This document shows, in pieces, positions 63,961 to 64,000 of a DNA stretch of 64,000 bases (position 1 is the first letter of the stretch; every line of letters begins with the position of its first letter). The DNA lies in the NCBI RefSeq assembly GCF_018350175.1, contig NC_058368.1:148058001-148122000 (forward strand). Reading direction: 5' to 3'. Under the pieces are notes generated by a model that saw only the letters and a list, made by a program, of their open reading frames with translations, did no database searches and was not told the origin of the DNA. The DNA is from Felis catus (lineage: Eukaryota). The translations under genes were made by a program, and so were the position numbers.

Positions 63961-64000
63961 TTCTTACATGCCTCCTTCAACATCATCGACAGCCAACATA

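Noticed and set aside
1..64000. CRISPR array, tRNA/rRNA genes, NUMT, prokaryotic operon
   Set aside because: No regularly spaced repeat-spacer array and no such sequences seen. The tRNA-like segments are SINE heads.

Overview
AT-rich, repeat-dense mammalian genomic DNA. The tRNA-derived Can-SINEs (SINEC_Fc type) and the L1 3' UTRs point to a felid (cat-family) genome. I found no protein-coding gene I can recognise: the listed ORFs are decayed L1 ORF1/ORF2 pieces, SINE or microsatellite read-throughs, or chance ORFs. Contents: one full-length but dead L1 with a perfect 16-bp TSD (48269-54964); several truncated or internally deleted L1s of different ages; 17 Can-SINEs, most with visible TSDs; MaLR/ERVL/MER21 LTR remnants; MER5, MIR and L2 relics; microsatellites; and a full-length 7SK retropseudogene (43002-43320). 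The main non-repeat signal is a small CpG-enriched promoter-like island (about 39160-39670) with a strong minus-strand splice donor, which suggests the 5' end of an unidentified leftward transcript. I see no evidence of a new multi-gene system. The findings are mostly retrotransposon rearrangement scars and candidate regulatory or exon signals. Repeat subfamily names come from recall of consensus sequences, not from a database search, and boundaries of old repeats are approximate.
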